A stretch of 64,000 nucleotides of DNA. Source: Psilocybe cubensis. Taxonomy: Eukaryota. The stretch spans positions 1,674,001-1,738,000 of the forward strand of contig CM039004.1 in the NCBI GenBank assembly GCA_017499595.2, read 5' to 3'. The notes beneath the pieces are model-generated. The model searched no databases. It was not told where the DNA came from and worked only from the letters and a program-made list of their open reading frames with translations. Shown here piece by piece: positions 1 through 14,162 of this stretch. The translations under genes and the position numbers were made by a program. The stretch's first letter is position 1, and every line of letters starts with the position of its first letter.

Positions 1-438
1 GCCTGACATATTACTTTGCACTATATATCTTACCGTCATTTTATTAGACTTTTGTATTGATATTTATTTTGGGTTACATCCTCAATTTTGCATGGCAAGT
101 TGCTTACTGTGAATTTACTGAGCGAAATTGATGAGTGACGGAGCGATATTGGCTTCGGACAACTTGCATATTAATGTTTGTCTAATAGGCATACACAGCA
201 CATCCATATGTACATGGTTTATTGCGATGCACCACAGAAGGCTCTCGCAAAACTGTCGAAGTACAAATTGTGTTGAATACAGCGGTCTGATGACATAATC
301 ATGTGCGTGACTCAATAAATGTTACCACTGTGACAAACCCAATTTCTTTGCACGTGGTGTAGTAAGTAGGTCCCAAAAGCTTCTCGACAACGGGCACGCC
401 GACACCCTCCGCCAACCTCAAGAAGATTTCAGCACAGT

Positions 439-1553
439 ATGGTCCGTATATTCCTTCCCAAAGGCCCCATAGAGCTCGTCCTGCTGGTTATTTGGGTGAA
501 ATTGCGATTAGAATCGATGGATGCGTTATGATTGTGGTGGATGACCTTTCGACGAGCTCTTGGAGGAACGCTTGGATTTCTGCACAATGATACTCATCCA
601 TATTCTATAGGCCCGTGGACCCAAAAAGCACTTGAAGCGCTTGAGCGCTCCCTCGTCATGGATGTTGGACAAGTTGAGCGGAACTTATGTGCGTTGCAAA
701 TATTGTTCATCCTCAATAAAATCTGAACATTCTACTTCGATACTGTCAGGCCCCTCGCCCCTCCCCTGGACCCCACAAGCTCCGCGAATCCCTTCCCCTC
801 ACCATTTTCCTCCGCAATAGGCTAAAGTACGCCTTGACTGGCCGTGAAGTTACATCAATTGTCAAGCAACGCTTGATCAAAATCGATGGAAAGGTCCGCA
901 CCGATCCTACTTACCCTGCTGGATTCATGGGTATGCTTGACTTGGAACATCTGCGGAATGGCCTTTTAATGTTGATAACTTAGATGTTATTTCCATTGAG
1001 AAATCTGGTGAACACTTCCGTCTCCTCTATGATGTCAAGGGCCGTTTCACCATCCACCGTATCACCCCCGAGGAAGCTACCTACAAGCTCCTTAAAGTCC
1101 GTCGCGTTGCCCTCGGTAATGGTGGTGTTCCCCACGTTGTAACTCACGACGGACGCACCATTCGCTACCCCGACCCTCATATCCGTGCCAACGATACCGT
1201 CAAGTATGATATCGCTCAAGGAAAAATCACAGACTACGTCAAGTTCGACACTGGCAACATCGTCATGATCACTGGCGGACGTAACATGGGCAGAGCTGGT
1301 GTCATTGTGCACAGGGAAAAGCACATTGGAGGATTCGATATTGTCCACGTCAAGGACTCCCTTGACAGGACTTTCGCAACTCGGTGCGTATACCTTCGTT
1401 TTCCAATGATTTTAATGTTAACCCAAATCTAGTGTCACTAACATTTTTGTCATTGGTGAGGGTATCAAGCCCTGGATATCGCTGCCGAAGGGCAAGGGTA
1501 CCAAGCTTACCATCTCTGAGGAGCGTGATGTCAGGAGGAAGCGCGCCGAGTAA
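439..1553 (+). CDS. RPS4: 40S ribosomal protein S4 (eS4), 5 coding exons
   Basis: ATG-only exon 439-441, then intron 442-610, then [22 protein letters not shown]...[17 protein letters not shown]...[18 protein letters not shown]...[12 protein letters not shown]...GGRNMGRAG...[15 protein letters not shown], stop TAA 1551-1553. This matches the eS4 sequence. Other introns are at about 689-749, 931-983 and 1384-1432. Confidence 0.97.
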
Positions 1554-1697
1554 ATTTGAGTTGCACTACTACTCTGTTTTTTCCTCCTCATCTATGCTTT
1601 GTATGCCACTCCATGACACAAAACTTCATACGAACCATGGTTATATTCTGGTTGAGATTTTGACTGGCAAAGTTGTGTGTGATTATATGAGCGCCTA

Positions 1698-4333
1698 TCA
1701 CCAGTAATCTGGGTTTGTATAAGGGACTATTGTATCCTTTCCTCGCTTCTTTCTTTCTGTCTCCCATCTATCTACCCATTTTGCCATTCTTCCCCTACTT
1801 GCCTCAGTGCCCACGTTTACAGTCGCAATCATTTTTACCCAAGTGAATGACATCGCAAAGCAAGTCAGTTCATAGAAAGAGGAGTGCTCCGAATATGGAA
1901 CAGGATACAACGATAAGTTCGGTGTCGACTTCGGAGATACTTGCAGGTTTGCGTATGTAAATGACTGGCCTGCTGATGCAGCAAGAATAGATTGAATGGA
2001 AGGAGATTGATTGGTACCTGCAGCCTGAGTGTATCTGGATGTAATTGTCAGACATCTTCCCGTTTGGCCAATTATTCTAACTTCAAGCTTAACTCACGTC
2101 CAGCCTGTGGGTCTAAACCCGATGATTCTATCATAAACGTCTTTGAACCGGTCCAGATACAGTTTGAGTTGATCTGATGTGATAGATCCTAACGGCACGA
2201 GATGGACAAAACCCTTTGTTGGATCGGAAGTCAGCATAGAATGTAACTCTGGGTCATCCTGACACCTCAATATTGCGGCTTTTCGAGCATCGCAATAAAT
2301 CTTCGTGTCTAATGCACGAGCAATAGCTAAAGAAAGGAGCAATGCCTCAGCATTAATCGAATCTGGGGATTCTGATTAGAGTAAGGGCTTGTACCTTTGG
2401 CAATGCGCTCCTTGCCGATAGAATATGTCCTGTGAACAAGCATTAGCATTCATCTATGGATGCAAAGGGTTCAACAAACCCGATGACAATTAGTGGCTTA
2501 GAGATCTCTTTTACCTTGCCCTTGCCAATCTCCGATGAAGACATCCATGTAAGCACAGTTGAAGTACTTTGCTTGTTAGATTCTCCAGACACTAGTCTCT
2601 TGGCCAAATTAGCACAGGCAGAGATGACCAGAGGTTGGGGAGGGAAAGTGTACTACGTCATAGTTATATCAGGAACAGGTGTTTTGAAATATCAAAAATT
2701 ACCGACTTTGGGGTCGAGATATGTTGTATCTAGATAGACATGGTCGATAACTTTTCCTTTGACGGAGGGATGAAGGACATGACGCGGAGAGGCTCGAAAG
2801 TCACCGCAATGGAGGTATCGAAATGTTCTGGATGAACCAACGTAGCAAGACTTGAACGGACTATCCCCGGCATTGACAGTTTGGCATCCTTCAAAGAAAA
2901 AAAGACAAGATCCTGGGCAATGGTTCGCTTCGATGAGAGTGACGAATACGCCATTGGTGTCCGGTATTACAGTAGGAGTATCCATAGGTAAAGGGTGAAC
3001 CCATTTCTTTTCAACGGAAAGCTTGTGCACAATGAGATTTGCTGTACTTTGAGAACAATAAATTGGACCGTGTTTCCAGGTCGAGGATAGGTTGGTATAG
3101 TGATCTGAATGAGCATGTCTATCATGGTCACGTCAATATGGATCGAGCAAATAATTATGAATCAAATACGAACGTTAGAAAGTAGGCTGTGACACCTGGG
3201 ATGGCACCGTATTTGAACGCATCGACAGCAATAGGCATACCCTGAAGGACTTTATAAAATGGTGCTTTTTGCCGGCCACCTTTCACACTCTGGGTTCGTT
3301 GATAGTATCTGTCTTTCGCAATTGTTGCTTCTTTCCAGATCTCGTTCTCTTTCAGTGAAGACATCAGGAAAGAAAATGCATTATTTCTAATACCCTGTTG
3401 CCTAACAGTGGCAAAGTTTTTGCCTTTATCTTCAGTTATGGTTTTCACTGGGAACGACACAGTGTTCCCAGCAGGTCGGGTAGATAAACATCGATTTTTG
3501 CCATTTTTGCTTTGCTGGAGGATGAGTTAAGTATTACGCAGCACTTCCCGAAACCAACTTCAACTTACATCTGGCAAAAGATCATCAGATAGAAAAAGGG
3601 CGTCCGACCTCATGGTCTCCTCAGAGTTAATTGTGATGGATGATCCCCATTGCATTACTTGGTCTTCAATGGCTGGTTCAGAGTTTATTTCGTCATCACC
3701 GTCGTTCCAATCGTCCATAGTTAAATCAATATCGACGGTGGATTCTGTTGTGGGGTCCAATGTAGTTTTGGAGCTAGAAGCTAAAGGTGTAGCAGATGTA
3801 TGCACTGAACTCTTTTCCAGTGACGCAGAAGTCAATAGAAAGGGCTCTCCGAATAATGGAAGATAATCCTTTGGTAAAACATTCGATTTCGGTTGATTTA
3901 ATAGGAAAGGAATCCCAAATGACATGGTGGTATCTGCACCTTCTCTTGAGCTCTGGGTCGGTGTGACAGAAGGAGAGATTGTAATGTTCTCTTCGTGCTT
4001 CCCCTCAGTTACCAGATCCTCCGCCTTGGTCGAACTTGATACCGAAGACTTATTATCATTTTTGGGACTAAGCTTTCGACGCTTCGAAGTGATAGTTTGA
4101 ACTATTTCCACTTCGCTTTCACTGTCAGAGTCAATCACAATGATTTCCGGTTGTTTTGTAGCCTTCGTTTTCGAATCCACTGAAAGGGTACTTGCAACAG
4201 GGTGAGTCTTCAAGTTCGCTTTCACACTGGCAGACTCTTGGGGCGCATTGCTAGTGTTAGATGCGAAGAAATGATATAATGTTTGGTCAGAAACAGAATG
4301 CTCTCTTTTCTTCTTTTTGGGAGGCGGTGCCAT
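1698..4333 (-). CDS. PSO2: DNA interstrand cross-link repair nuclease Pso2/Snm1 (metallo-beta-lactamase/beta-CASP)
   Basis: Spliced exons give [16 protein letters not shown] (near 3120), [41 protein letters not shown] and [12 protein letters not shown]. The N-terminus carries the NLS-like [10 protein letters not shown]. Confidence 0.92.
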
Positions 4334-4849
4334 AACGGATGAGGATTTGAGAATTGATGGCGAGTGTTAGGTACAACTTGTGTTCAAAGAGGGATCATGG
4401 CTTTAAAGAGCTGTTGCCGGCTGACATAATCGCCACGTTCTGTTTTGACGGAAGGTGGGCTTCCTCAATCCGCGGAGTCCCTTCAGCTTATCTTAATTAC
4501 ATATTCTATCTGATTTTCTTTTAGACTCCTTGCCTAGCCAGCATCGGAGATCTCAGGTATAAACGGTGCATAACCTGACCTTACGAGAGTTCTCGGCCAA
4601 CGAACGCTAACTGAGCCGTATGAAGGCGCACAGTTCATTTTAAATTTTGCCTGGGACTCACTGCTGCTTCTCCAGTCTTTATGTCACAATCGGATTGTAA
4701 GCGAAGGCCATTCTAGCATTGCGGGGTCAGGAGCTCATCCGAAATCGATCATGCTTATCGCGCAATGATCAAAGGGCGATATAAATAATATTCTCTTCGA
4801 CTTGACCCCCAACTTTCTCTCTCAAAAGGACTCTCGGAGACGAAACCAA

Positions 4850-6873
4850 ATGGCTCCTGCTTTAGAAATCAACCCATCTGTACCTTCCACTACCGCCGAT
4901 TCTCTCAAAGTGGCTAGCGAAGCTGCGAAGAAAACCAGCATCCTCCATAGGACACCCTGGCAGCCTCCTGTCGCTGTTGGCGCAGAGGGGATTTATCTTG
5001 ATCTTGAGGATGGGACTAGGGTAATTGATGGTGTGGGAGGTGCTGCCGTCTCCTGTCTTGGAAACAGCCACCCAGCGGTCCAACAGGCCATCAAAGATCA
5101 AGTGGACAAGGTTTCGTGTTAGTCACTGATTTCATAGGTCTTCCGCCGTCATTGATCCATGAACACAGATGTTTACAACATGCAGCTATCAAACGAACCG
5201 GCCGAAGCACTTGCCAAAAAGCTTGTTGATACAAGCGACGGTGCCTTTGAATTGTGCGGTTTTGCCTCTGGAGGTATAGATCTTCCAATTATTACTACTC
5301 CAATATCCCATTTAATTGTCTCGTACAGGATCTGAAGCTATGGAGAGTGTTATGAAACTAGCAAGACAGGTAATTTGAAATAAATACAGTGTTCACACGT
5401 CTCATCTTCTTTTCTCAGTATTTTTTCGAGATTGGCCAAATCCAACGTACAAATTTCATTGCGAGACAGCTATCTTTCCATGGTAACACACTCGGAACAC
5501 TATCTTTGGCTTTTCACCCGACCAGACGTGCCCCATATGCCGGTATACTCGACGATAAGCACTTTCACCATGTTTCCCCAGCATATGCAAAGCGCTTCCA
5601 GAAGCCTGAAGAAACTGAGGAACAATATGTTGAACGTCTACGGCAAGAATTAGAAAACAAATTTATCGAACTCGGACCCGAAACAGTTATTGGATGTTAG
5701 TATGTATATCTGTCGGAATGGGGCAACTTATTGACATGTCTCCAACTCGTTTAGTTGTCGCGGAAACTGTGGTGGGAGCGACGACAGGTGTGGTTCCTGC
5801 CCCTAAAGGTTATTTCAGAGGTAAATGCCATTTATATATCAACACAATCGCTGTTCATATAACACTATGTAGCCATGAAATCTGTGTGCGATAAATATGG
5901 TGCTTTGTTTATCCTTGATGAAGTGCGTGCATGCGTAGCTCTCTGCTGGTATATTTGACGTCAATACTCATACTCCAACTGTAAGGTTATGAGCGGTATG
6001 GGACGTATGTATCTATCCCTTACCTCATTTTTCGATGCTGACAATGTAATAGGTATGGGTACTTTGCATGGATGGCAATCTTTCGGAGATGGTGTAGCAG
6101 TATGTTTCCCCAGTTTTATTTTCGACGTTTCTCTGTGAACACGTATCATAGCCTGATATTCAAGCAGTTGCAAAGGGCCTAGGAGGAGGGTAAGGGTCAT
6201 TTACAGTGTGGTACCGCGAGCTTTCTATTAATTTTTCAAAAGCTATGCATCCATCGGCGCTATCTTGATGTCGCCAAAGATTGCCAGTGGCATTCGAGAT
6301 AATGCAGGTTTATGGAAACATGGGCATACTTATCAGGCAAGCCAACATGGTTTTATTTCTTCACCGTCAATTAAACATTATATAGGCACACCCCTTAGCA
6401 TGTGCTGCAGCTTTGGCTGTTCAAAATGTTATCGAGAAGGAGAACTTATTGGAAAACATTCGTACTCAAGGCACCTATCTATGTAAGTAGTTTTAGCGTG
6501 TTCAAGTATCCGGGTCTCTTAATTTACTGTTACATTAGATGAGCTGCTGAAAGATGGGCTTATTGGCCCAAATGCCTTGGCTGCTCCGTATGTATTCGAT
6601 ATTCGGGGGGGTGGCGGTTTTTGGGCAGTCGAATTCGATTTCAAGGATACCTATTTCAAGACTTCCTCGTTTGCAATGCTTGTACAGGCCAAATCATTAC
6701 AAAATGGCTTAATTGTGATGGGCATGGTCGGCGGTGCAAACCTGGAAGGTACCAAAGGTGAACACATCATATTCGCACCTGCATATAATATCACAAAAGA
6801 AGAGGTAGAAAAGATTGCTAGCATCTTTATCAGAAGTGTGGAAGATGTGCTGAAGGAACACATACCACAATAG
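4850..6873 (+). CDS. PLP-dependent class-III (omega-amino acid) aminotransferase
   Basis: Motifs DGVGGAAVSCLG, SGGSEA, SFHGNTLG, VAETVVGAT, FILDEVMSGMGR, PDIQAVAKGLGGG (PLP lysine), HGHTYQAHP and DIRGGG occur across many short exons. The substrate cannot be assigned from sequence. Confidence 0.9.
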
Positions 6874-7181
6874 GTATTAAAAGCAATGTAGATATAATCA
6901 AACGCAATTACTTGAACATATCCTGTAGTAGTACAGAGCACTCCTGCAGATCTCATTACTGATATCCAACTGGAGCAAGATGAGAGACGAGTGGTTAAAT
7001 ATTATGACTTGGATCGCTGATTTCACGCCACCTGCTTATATAAGTGGCTCAACGATTGCTTTAGGGCGTTTCGCGGTCTGACCTGCTCTTGCTTTCCTAC
7101 ATACACTCGTCACATTTTCTGTGTTTCCAACCTTGTTATATACGCTCAGAATCCGGATCGATGGCTGGGGGCATGTACTAA

Positions 7182-10100
7182 ATGGATTTACGACCAATCC
7201 AACATCAAGAAGCCACAAGCAGCTCTAGTGCATCTACCACCCATCCTAGCCACAACCAAGACTCATTTTCAAACACGAACTCAGAAAGCAAACCAGTACG
7301 CTCTAGCGCAAGAGTGAAAGCTGCAAAGAACAAAGCTCAAATATCAGCCCAGACCAAAGAGTTTACTTCTATTTCCGAGCAAGGCCCCAGAGCATCTTCA
7401 TCTATCCCCTCTGAAACCATCTCTACACGCAACACACGCGCAAGTCCTGCCAAACCGAATCGTTCCCGTGAAAGCAACTCCAGTAAAGGAAAGGGAAAGG
7501 AGGTTTCTCAAGAATCATCTTCTCGCAGCACTAAACGGTAAGCGCTTTCTACACTTCGTTTACAATATGACACGGCGGTCTGATATTTAATCACTTGGTT
7601 AGTCATCGTCGGAACCCCACATCTACGACAGCGCCTCTTACCATCAACGAACCAATTCGCGATACAAAGGGAAAGAAACGTGCTGCGCCTGAAACTGACG
7701 ACGAAGATTTAACTGCTCCTTCTACCAAACGCATCCGAACATCAGGATATTCTCTCAGATCAAACACATCTTCTGCCAATCCCGCTGATATGCCACGGAA
7801 AGCGCGGTTTGTTATATATCACGTCAACCTTTTGTCTAGCTGCTGACGCTACCTTAGAACATCCACCTCCAAAGGGAAAGCTGCATTGAAATCAAAGATG
7901 GCAGTTGCAAGCTCGTCTCGCCTCGAAACCGAAGATGTTGAAATGCTAGATCCAGATTATACCAACAGCAAGCATGGAGACTCATCGGATCTCGATGAAT
8001 CGATGGAAGAGAAGCACGACATTGAAGGCCAACACGCTGAAGGCGACCAGGATGTAGGCATTGAGGAAGCTAAAGATGATGACGAGGATGAGGACGAGGA
8101 TGAGGACGAGGATGGCGAAGGTGGACACGATGACGAAGCCAGGGTGTCTTCTAGTGACGCAGGTCCCATTCCAGGTGGAATGGATGAAGCAACAGCTTTG
8201 GCCATTTTTGGTGATTACCGCCAATTTGGGTCCTACATGATGTCTCTGTCATCGCGTTTGAAGACCATGCTGAATAACATCAAGCCCACTGCGGATCCTA
8301 CTACCAGGCTTGTTACTCTTCAAGAGTTGAGCGAACTCCTGAGCATCAGTACTGAAGATACCTTGGCCGGATCTTTCCAGGTTGAACAATTTGTTAGGGA
8401 ATTGGTCAAAATTTTAGGAGGTCGCGGTGCGGATGAAGATGAAGAAGAGGACGAGGATCCTCCAGAACGCGACGAAGACGCTGCTCTTGCAGCAGCGCTC
8501 GCTATGAGCTCAGGAGGCACATATCAAGGCGACGATAACCTTGAGGCACAACTTCTTGCTTGCAGGTGCTTGGCAAACCTCATGGAGGCTCTGCCGGGTG
8601 TGGCCCACACCGTCGTTTACCATGGCGCCATCCCTGTTCTTTGCAGCAAACTCATTGAGATTGATTATATTGACCTGGCAGAGCAGACTTTGAGTGTAAG
8701 CGATTTTATTCTTGTTGGTATATGCAAAAATCTCTTATCTACATATATCATGTAGACTTTGGAAAAAATTTCGGAAGAATTCCCAAGTTCCATTGTACGG
8801 GAGGGTGGCTTAGCTGCTTTACTTACCTATGTGGACTTTTTCCCCATAGCATCACAAAGGACAGCTTTGCAGGCTGCATCTAATTGTTGCCGGAATGTGT
8901 CATCGGAACATTTCCCTATGATTCGTGGTGTTTGGCCAAACATTCGTAACTGTCTTGCATATTCCGACCAGCGCCTAGTAGAATATGCTTGCCTTTGCGT
9001 CATCCGAATTGTCGACTCTTATCACCGTTCATCCGTGGAAAATCTGGAATCTTTGATTGATTCAGAACTCATTCGAGCAGTAAATCAACTTCTCCTCCCG
9101 GCTGGGGGGTCGCCTTTGATTGCTTCAAATACGTACACCCTTTTGCTGCGAGCATTAGCGACATCTGCAAAGGCTAGCGCTAAGATAACAGTCGCATTGC
9201 TTGAAGCAGATATAGTTGATACTTTATACCAGATTTTGACCGGAGTTTTGCCATCAGCCTCTCTAAACCATCTTGACCAAGGAGGCGCAGCAGGTGGACA
9301 AGGATTAGGAGGTGGATTGGCCGATATGACGGTCATGGAGAATTTGGCTCATAGACCGAAAGAACAGGTGGAAGAAGCTCTTAGTCTCATCTCTGAGCTA
9401 TTACCCCCTTTACCAAAAGGTAAGCTTTATTCTCCATAAAATACAAAATTCATGCGCTGATCATTAAGCAGACGGTGTCTTCGATCACAAAGCATATACT
9501 GAGAAATCCCTTGCGAAACTTGTGAAGGCGAAAGCCAAGGCAGAGAGAGCAGCAGCCCGCCTCGTAACCCAAGCTCAAACGCCCACAGGTGCCCCCGCAA
9601 CACTTTCATCCACACCTGGTTCCGCCGTACCTACAGATGATGCTTCTCCTGTACCAGGTTCTTCTGAAGTCCCTGTACAAGAGCCCGAAGAAAATAGAGA
9701 GACTTCAGCTGCTCTACCCGGCATAGATGTTGCTCCAGATCGAACAGACATGTTGCGGAGCAAACCTGCAGTAGTTGGCAGATTTATGCAGCTCCTTGTC
9801 CCGATCTTAGTTGACGTCTATGCTGCAAGCGTGATCACACCAGTTAGGATTAAAACATTGACCGGATTACTCAAGGCCGTCAGCTTCCTTGATGCAGATG
9901 GCTTAAAACCTGTTTTAATGGCAAGTTGCAATTTTTATTATTTTGATCATACTGTTGATTTTTTTATAGTTTGTTCCTGTGGCTAGTTTTGCATCCTCCA
10001 TTTTGTCCTCCAAAGACCACCCTTCCCTTGTTATTGGAGCTCTTCAGCTCGTTGACCTATTGTTGGGAAAGCTGCCTTCGCTTTATAAGCCAACATTTCA

Positions 10101-13100
10101 CAGGGAAGGTGTTTTTCACGAAATTGAGACTTTGGCCGAGCGTACCCTTACAACGTCTAAAGCAAAAGCAAAGGATGCTCCGGAATCTGGTGACGATGCA
10201 GCTAGTTCATCCAATGCTCCACCGGCGAGTATCCCTGGATTCAAAAAGTTGTCGTCAACGTCCTTAGATCCAGAAGATGCTATCACTCTAAGAGCCAGGG
10301 TTATCCAATTCAAGTATCTGGCTGATAAGCAAGACATTGATGAGGACGGGGCATTTCAAAGTTTGCGTAACGTCGTTGTTAGGCTTTCTGCTCCCAATTC
10401 ATCGGATCAAGAATATTCTGAAGCCCTTTGGGAACTTGCTGATCTGTTTGCATCCCCCCATACATCTGTCTCAAGTTTTGAGCTACTTCAGAGCGGAGTT
10501 GTCGATGGCCTTTTGCTTTTTGCTACGGATGAAAATCGTTCTGGTATGCACTACTTTTACATGACCTTGTTCTTTTCTAATCGTATATCATCTGCACCAG
10601 TGAGTTTGCAACGGCGGAGGGAGATCCTGCTAGATGCGTTCTCAAGTCGGAAAGTCAAGAATCTCACCGCCAACCAAACACCATTTGCAACCTTAGTCAA
10701 GAAATTACAAGAAAGCTTCACCAGGATGGAATCGTTTGAAGTCATTACTGTAGCACAAAATAGTGATGGTGAGCTACCTATTTTACTTCAATTAACATCC
10801 AACCTGACTAGTTCACTAGATTCCAAACGAAGCTCGCCATCCTTGCTCGCCAGGCAACTTCGATTACGACTGGTAGCAGGAGATGAATCCGATATCCCTA
10901 AGAGTCTACACAACATTGTCGTCTCCATTCATGCTATTGCCACTTTCCAGGCCTTGCATGACTACCTTCGGCCCCGCGTGGCAGGCCATCCTACTGGCGT
11001 TTCCGCAATGTTATCAGCGCTTGCCGCATCAGGATATACTGGGATACCCAAGCTTCCGGGAGATGATAAACCAGTCCTTAGTGCAGCTGCAGAATCGAGT
11101 TCTGCTACTGTGCCATCTACCTCGGGTGTTCAGCGTCGTCGCAGCCAACGCTTGGCCAAGCAGGGTACAAACTCGGCGCCTTCAGACAATGCCATTTCTG
11201 GACCTGAAGAGGGCGTTGCTGCCACAACAGAAAATGCTGTATCAACACTTTCGGAGATCAAGTCTCCTGTCACGGATCCTACATCTTCATCCCTTCCAGT
11301 TGACCCTGCGCCCAGTGAGACGGTCGTCGAATCGGAGCAACTTCATGCAGAATTTACAGATGACGAAGATGAAATTGATGCAGATGTCTTTGAAGATGAA
11401 GTCGATTCCGAAAACCCCATGTCAGAGAAGACCATCACTTTGTCTGTGGTTGAAGGTATGGCATTGATCTGACCTTTTGTCCCAATTCTAATACAACTAC
11501 ACAGAGGGTGGTAAAGTAGAGGCCCAAACGCCAGAAGGTACAAGAGTTGCAACTCCTAATGCCGCCAAAGAAAGTCTATCGGGGATGACTAGGAATAGTA
11601 TCTCAACTCGAGGTTCATACGCCGCTGCCCTGAAAGCCAAACCTACCGACTGGCACCTGGAATTCTCCATGGATGACCACATCTTGCCTTTGGATTTGAC
11701 CATTTATGGAGCGATCCATCAACACGAAATGAGAAAGAAAACAGGAGCAACTCCCCTCAATATGATTTGGCAAGGGGTATATACAATTAAGTTTAAGAAA
11801 GTCTCTGGTCCCGCTCCAACTCCTGAAGGTAGGTTCACCCATAAAAAGCTTCTTTTTCTTCTATTTCTCACTGACTGATGCGTGTAGCTCGTGCAGAAAA
11901 CCCAGACTTCGCAAACAAGAATCGGTCATCTTCGAGCCCTAGTCTTTCTTCTCTCCCCGAAGATGCACCACACACGAAAATTCTCAGACTCCTACGCATG
12001 CTTTGTCACCTAAATACTATCGAGGCTGAGCGGGCGACATTCCCCGCAGACAAGCGAAACCTCCCTGATTCTTCATTTGTCAACAACAAGCTGACAGCCA
12101 AACTTACACGGCAATTAGAGGAGCCAATGATTGTTGCCAGGTTTGTTTTGCATCTATTTTCATTTTGATTCACCCTGACACGTTTTTACTAGTTCCTGTC
12201 TTCCTGATTGGGCTTTGGATTTGCCTCAGCATTTCCCTTTCTTGTTCCCATTCGCCACTCGCTACAACTTCCTTCAATCTACATCATTTGGCTATGCTCG
12301 CTTAATCCTGAAATGGCAGAGTCAACAAAACCGAGGTCAGGATTCATCGAGAAGAGATGATGGGATAGGTTTCCTAGGACGTTTGCAACGTCAAAAAGTC
12401 CGCATATCTCGAAAACATATCCTCGAATCCGCGGTAAAGGTCTTTGAGTTGTATGGGTCCTCTTCATCTATACTCGAAGTTGAATATTTTGAAGAAGTTG
12501 GAACTGGTCTGGGACCGACCCTCGAATTTTACTCTCTGGTATCAAAGGAGTTTGCTCGGAAGGATTTGAAGCTCTGGAGAGACGCAGATAGCTTTGGATC
12601 CGGCGTCTACGTTGTTCATCCAAATGGTCTTTATCCTGCGCCCTTGAGCCGTGAAGACATACTTAACGATGGTGGACAGTGAGTGCTTTTGATTGGACCT
12701 ATGTTTAACTGATCCAATCCAATGAATTTTTAGAAAACGAACTCATATCCTGCGAGTGATTGGCCAGTTTGTTGCCAAAGCAATGTTGGACTCTCGAATA
12801 ATCGATCTGTCGTTCAATAAAGTATTTTTGAAACTTGTATTGGGTGAAGAGGTTCCACTCACCATCGCGACACTCAAAGTAAGCTCTTGATGTCATATTC
12901 ACAGATGCTTTACTTATCGCTTACCTCAGCTTGTCGATCCTGACCTTGCTAACTCGCTTGCCAAAGTGCAAAGCCTGGCTGCTGAAAGCAATGCCATGAA
13001 AGGCAAAGTGAGTATAAATTTAAGGTAGATAATAGTTCTTACTGACATAATTTTCAGCTTGCGCAAAAAGTGGCACAAATTGAGCAAGTAACCGTGGAAG

Positions 13101-13866
13101 ATCTGGCTTTGGACTTCACTATGCCTGGTTATGATATTGAATTGAGGGTGAGACCTTACTTTTAGATGTGGGGAACCAAGCCTAATCAACTCTTAAAAGC
13201 CGGGTGGTCGCAATATACTGGTAACATCTGAAAACGTCAGCGAATATGTCGCGGAGGTTCTCGATGCCATACTCGGGAAGGGTGCTGCTATTCAAGCGAA
13301 AGCTTTCAGGGATGGTTTTTCCAAGGTTTTCCCAATTACCGACCTTCGCGCATTTTCTGCAGATGAGCTCGTTATGCTTTTTGGTAATTCCGAAGAGGAT
13401 TGGAGTGTAGAAAGTATGTTTGGTTTCGCTCAACCTTTTCATCGCATACTCATAAATTCATTTAATCAGCACTTTCCGAGGCCTTGAAAGCTGACCACGG
13501 CTTCAATGTAGACAGCCGCGCCATCCGCGACCTTGTGGAAATCATGTCGGAATATGATCCCAGCACACGGCGTGCTTATCTTCAGTTCATCACTGGAAGC
13601 CCCAAACTTCCGATTGGCGGTGCGTGTTGATACTATACCTATTCCTTCTAGTTGACCAATCCGATCCAGGTTTCCGAGGCCTAAACCCACCGCTTACTGT
13701 GGTTCGCAAACCTCATGAAGCTCCGCTGACTGCAGACGATTATTTGCCCAGTGTCATGACCTGCGTGAACTACCTGAAGCTACCGGAGTATAGCACCAAG
13801 TCGGTCATGAAGGAGAAACTCAAGACAGCAATGTTGGAAGGAGTAGGAAGCTTCCATCTTTCTTAA
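7182..13866 (+). CDS. UFD4: HECT E3 ubiquitin ligase, Ufd4/TRIP12 family
   Basis: The ARM region reads [14 protein letters not shown]...[16 protein letters not shown]. Later exons give [29 protein letters not shown] and [20 protein letters not shown]. The C-terminus is [17 protein letters not shown]...GSFHLS, with the catalytic Cys. Confidence 0.95.
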
Positions 13867-14162
13867 CTCTATACGTAAGACCCACACCCCCATTCAAGCT
13901 TTGTGTATTTCTTGTCGTTAGTTCATTTTTGAATGTAGAACACATCACTCACTCGTACTTAGCCTATAACACTTTCTGCATCACACAATCTCTAAACAAT
14001 TGTAAATTTTTAATATCTGGTATCCGGGTCTGATATGCCCAGTCCCTTATAAGGATGACATAATAAATTGCTCTGTCATGCACCTCCGACTCGGAATTCC
14101 ACCACTCGAGTTGGCCAGCTCTATTCATTTGCTTGTTCTTCCCAAGACCCTCGTAAAATTCC

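Noticed and set aside
128-292. Possible C/D snoRNA (TGATGA ... CTGA) upstream of RPS4
   Set aside because: There is no terminal stem or recognisable rRNA antisense element, and such boxes occur often by chance.
980-1348. Antisense ORFs over RPS4 (and similarly over PIC2 copy B, LEO1 and UFD4)
   Set aside because: These are shadow ORFs caused by codon bias on the coding strand.
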